A stretch of 64,000 nucleotides of DNA from Tubiluchus corallicola (lineage: Eukaryota > Animalia > Priapulida): contig JAQGDQ010000153.1 of the NCBI GenBank assembly GCA_030141605.1, positions 310,001 through 374,000 of the forward strand, written 5' to 3'. Of this stretch, positions 61,536-64,000 are shown piece after piece; position 1 is the stretch's first letter, and every line of letters begins with the position of its first letter. Position numbers and translations under genes: made by a program. The notes beneath the pieces were generated by a model that was not told where the DNA came from, did no database searches, and saw nothing but the letters and a program-made list of their open reading frames with translations.

Positions 61536-61572
61536 ACAAGACGTATCAGTCCATTTAGGCTATCTTCAGTTG
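61536..61572 (-). other. Degenerate Penelope-type minimal hammerhead remnant
   Basis: Minus strand CTGAAGA-T-AGCC-TAAAT-GGACT-GATA-CGTCTTG; the GAAA core reads GATA. Confidence 0.4.
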
Positions 61573-61803
61573 AAAAGTACGTCTACAAAAATTAATTCCA
61601 TTTTGGATTTTTAAATTAACTGCTAACCACAGGAAATACCACACGCGAAGAATACAATCACACTAAAAGCACAGAATACACAGCAAATAAGAGATACAAG
61701 AGAAAAACACAAGAATGTCTAAAGTCATAACAACACAGAAGTAAAAAAGTACAAATGCAACAATAACGCTCAGGTAAGAAGACAATAATGCTATGTGACT
61801 TAA

Positions 61804-62355
61804 AGGAAGACCGGACTATTGTTTAGACTCAATCTCATTTTAATTTACTGTCCAAAATATACATTTTCTTCCATATAAAAGTTAACAATTGTTCCTTATA
61901 TTTGAGTAATTAGCTTAGAAAGTTAATTAATGGCAACCGAACACAGCTATTGCTTACGTCGGAATCTAACCACAGTTTGTGCAATGGTAGGCGTCTTCCC
62001 TTCCCAAGCACATTTGCATAGGTGTTACAGTACTGCTTAAAGGCATGATGTCACGAAAAATAGGCTTTCCATCATATGACGTTATGAAACTAACCGTTCA
62101 TAATCATGGTTGGTTCATAATCATGGTTATCACGGTACCGCCTTCTATTTGTCGGCCACGCGCACGTGACAAAGAGGCGCCAATCTTAGTAGATTCACTG
62201 AGCCGCGCGTAGCTTTGAAAGTTTAACGAAATTTGAGTATCCGAGGTAATTATTGTTTAATCTAAGCTTTGATTTAAAATAAGCTATTGTAGTTTTCAAT
62301 ATTTTAGAGCACTCTTTATTCTGAACTCGTGTTTACACAATCATCCGGTTTTCCT
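61804..62355. mobile_element. Non-autonomous TTAA-target DNA transposon (Kolobok-like), 552 bp
   Basis: TTAA TSD at 61800-61803 and 62356-62359. TIR aggaagaccgga / tccggttttcct (11/12 match). Confidence 0.7.
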
Positions 62356-62876
62356 TTAAGTACGATCAATATAATGGAATAAATAGTCCTACCCCGAAAA
62401 AATTATAAGAAAACGTTTTTGTTAATATAATAAGACCATTCCCATTGCTCAAATTTCGGCCTACTTTTGATATTATGGTATGTTATGCTCTGAACCAAAT
62501 ACTATAAAGAATGATGAAAAATGCTTATTTTGACTTATTAATAGTCTAGAGCTCATTAAAATGACTATTTTTGGTTATGAAATCAATCGAAATTCGTCCA
62601 ATATGGCCGCAGTTTTCAAAATGGCTGATAATGTTGCTATTGCTGGCCTATAAGAATATTGCTAGCTTATATATCTTTTAGGAATTTTGAACAACGTCTA
62701 CCTGTTTTTGTCTAACTAACATGCACGTACTGTCACAACGTAGCAAGATTATGTATGACCGCTGGTATGACTTTTAGAATGAATATTACACATACAGTAT
62801 TATATAATGCCTTGCGTACACTGCTACACTCTGCTTATTGTCTGGTACAGGCAAATAAAACTTAGATATATAGCTT

Positions 62877-63446
62877 TTCAAGAAATTGCGAATGCTGAAA
62901 AGTATCAGTTCTGTCAGCTTTCGCTGGCTGCAAGCAGATTTCAGATTTTGCTAAGAGAGGAAAAGATAGCCTGGTCTACGTGGTAAGTGTTTAAAGGGGT
63001 AATAGAATAATTTGGTATCTCTAAGCATTATTCCCAGAGCTAAGCAGCTGACTTACCTCATGCTTATGCTTGAATGTTTTGTTGCACTCTAGTATGACAA
63101 AGCAAACACATGCATCACTGTGACAGTTGACAAAGCACGTAAACAGGAAAAGAGTGTAATTGGAGGATACAATGTTGGAGCATACCGAACGGGTTGTGCA
63201 TCAAACAGAACTGTTGGGACCAGCCACTGATCCCTACGCTCAAGTTTACTATCACCACATGGCACAGGCGGAAAAGTTTTACTGAACGGACAAGGCACAT
63301 TGCTACACTCTACTTGATGTCTGGAGTAGGCAACTTTCATGAAATTGCGAATGCCATAGGCCCTGAAAAGGATCAGTTCTGTTAGTTTTTATTGTTTGTA
63401 ACCAGATTTCAGATCTTAACAGGAGAGGAAAAGGATAGCCTGGTCT
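62877..63446 (+). repeat. Diverged ~100-110 bp direct repeat pair flanking ~355 bp
   Basis: 62877-62977 and 63335-63446 share ttca.gaaattgcgaatgc..ctgaaaag.atcagttctgt.ag...cagatttcagat...gagaggaaaa(g)gatagcctggtct. Confidence 0.7.
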
Positions 63447-64000
63447 GCTTTTGCATTCTAAAGTATCAAAAGTGTGTCAATAACTATTAAATGTTATTGC
63501 CAGCAAGCGAAAAGGTGCTCTGCCATGCTGAAATTTCGACCTAATTTGGATATATTACTTTCTGGACCAAATACTACAAATAAACACCAAAAACGTTTTC
63601 TTGCAATTTCTTAGGGTAAGGCATACTGATGTTTTTGTGCGTAGACTCATGAATAAAACAGCTAACAGTTTTCTTAGTTGCACAGTATTATTTTTACTCA
63701 ATGACAAGATGTAGTTTCAAGTCACAGGTGAATCTAAAAAAACACAATGGATAGCATGTATAACAGATATAATCAGTTTAACTGTACCGAACAATACAGA
63801 AAATATACCAAGGCACAAAAAAGCAAGTAGTCACCCAGCCATTATAGATGTAGTCACCGTGCTGTTTAACTTTCAGCAAAAAATTTAAAAAGATTATTAT
63901 AATAATAATGCAAAACTAATAGTAATGCTACTTACAAAAACATGTGCAAATCTTGAGCATGGTGCATGAACAGTTCACACATGGCTTCTTACACAATTTA

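Noticed and set aside
63093-63230. Candidate second exon of the GABA-B-like gene
   Set aside because: Begins with Tyr instead of the conserved Cys, has no recognisable Venus flytrap sequence and runs into a stop.

Overview
This is AT-rich, intron-rich animal (invertebrate) genomic DNA with no prokaryotic features, rRNA, intact tRNA or CRISPR arrays. Reading splice sites by hand gives four protein-coding units. (1) The 3' exons of an unidentified single-pass membrane protein with a long low-complexity cytoplasmic tail (+, ~1.5-3.3 kb). (2) A complete 6-exon invertebrate troponin C-like EF-hand gene (-, 8326-14843, 151 aa). (3) A complete 6-exon calmodulin-like gene, divergently oriented (+, 24335-51450, 153 aa, four canonical EF-hands). 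(4) The first coding exon of a GABA-B-like class C GPCR (+, 61135-61410). The rest is introns and intergenic DNA holding decayed LINEs (two CR1-like, one RTE-X-like), several non-autonomous DNA transposons with recognisable TIR/TSD (hAT-, pogo/mariner-, Kolobok- and Academ-like), foldback elements, and micro/minisatellites. Most ORFs in the supplied track are spurious. The best leads are a near-canonical 2A/StopGo motif in an orphan ORF, a possible Cys-Cys alternative first exon of the TnC-like gene, Penelope-type hammerhead remnants, a tRNA-headed foldback repeat family, and a phase-compatible but unproven splice that would fuse the membrane protein to the calmodulin-like exons. I found no clearly new biological system; these leads are hypotheses.
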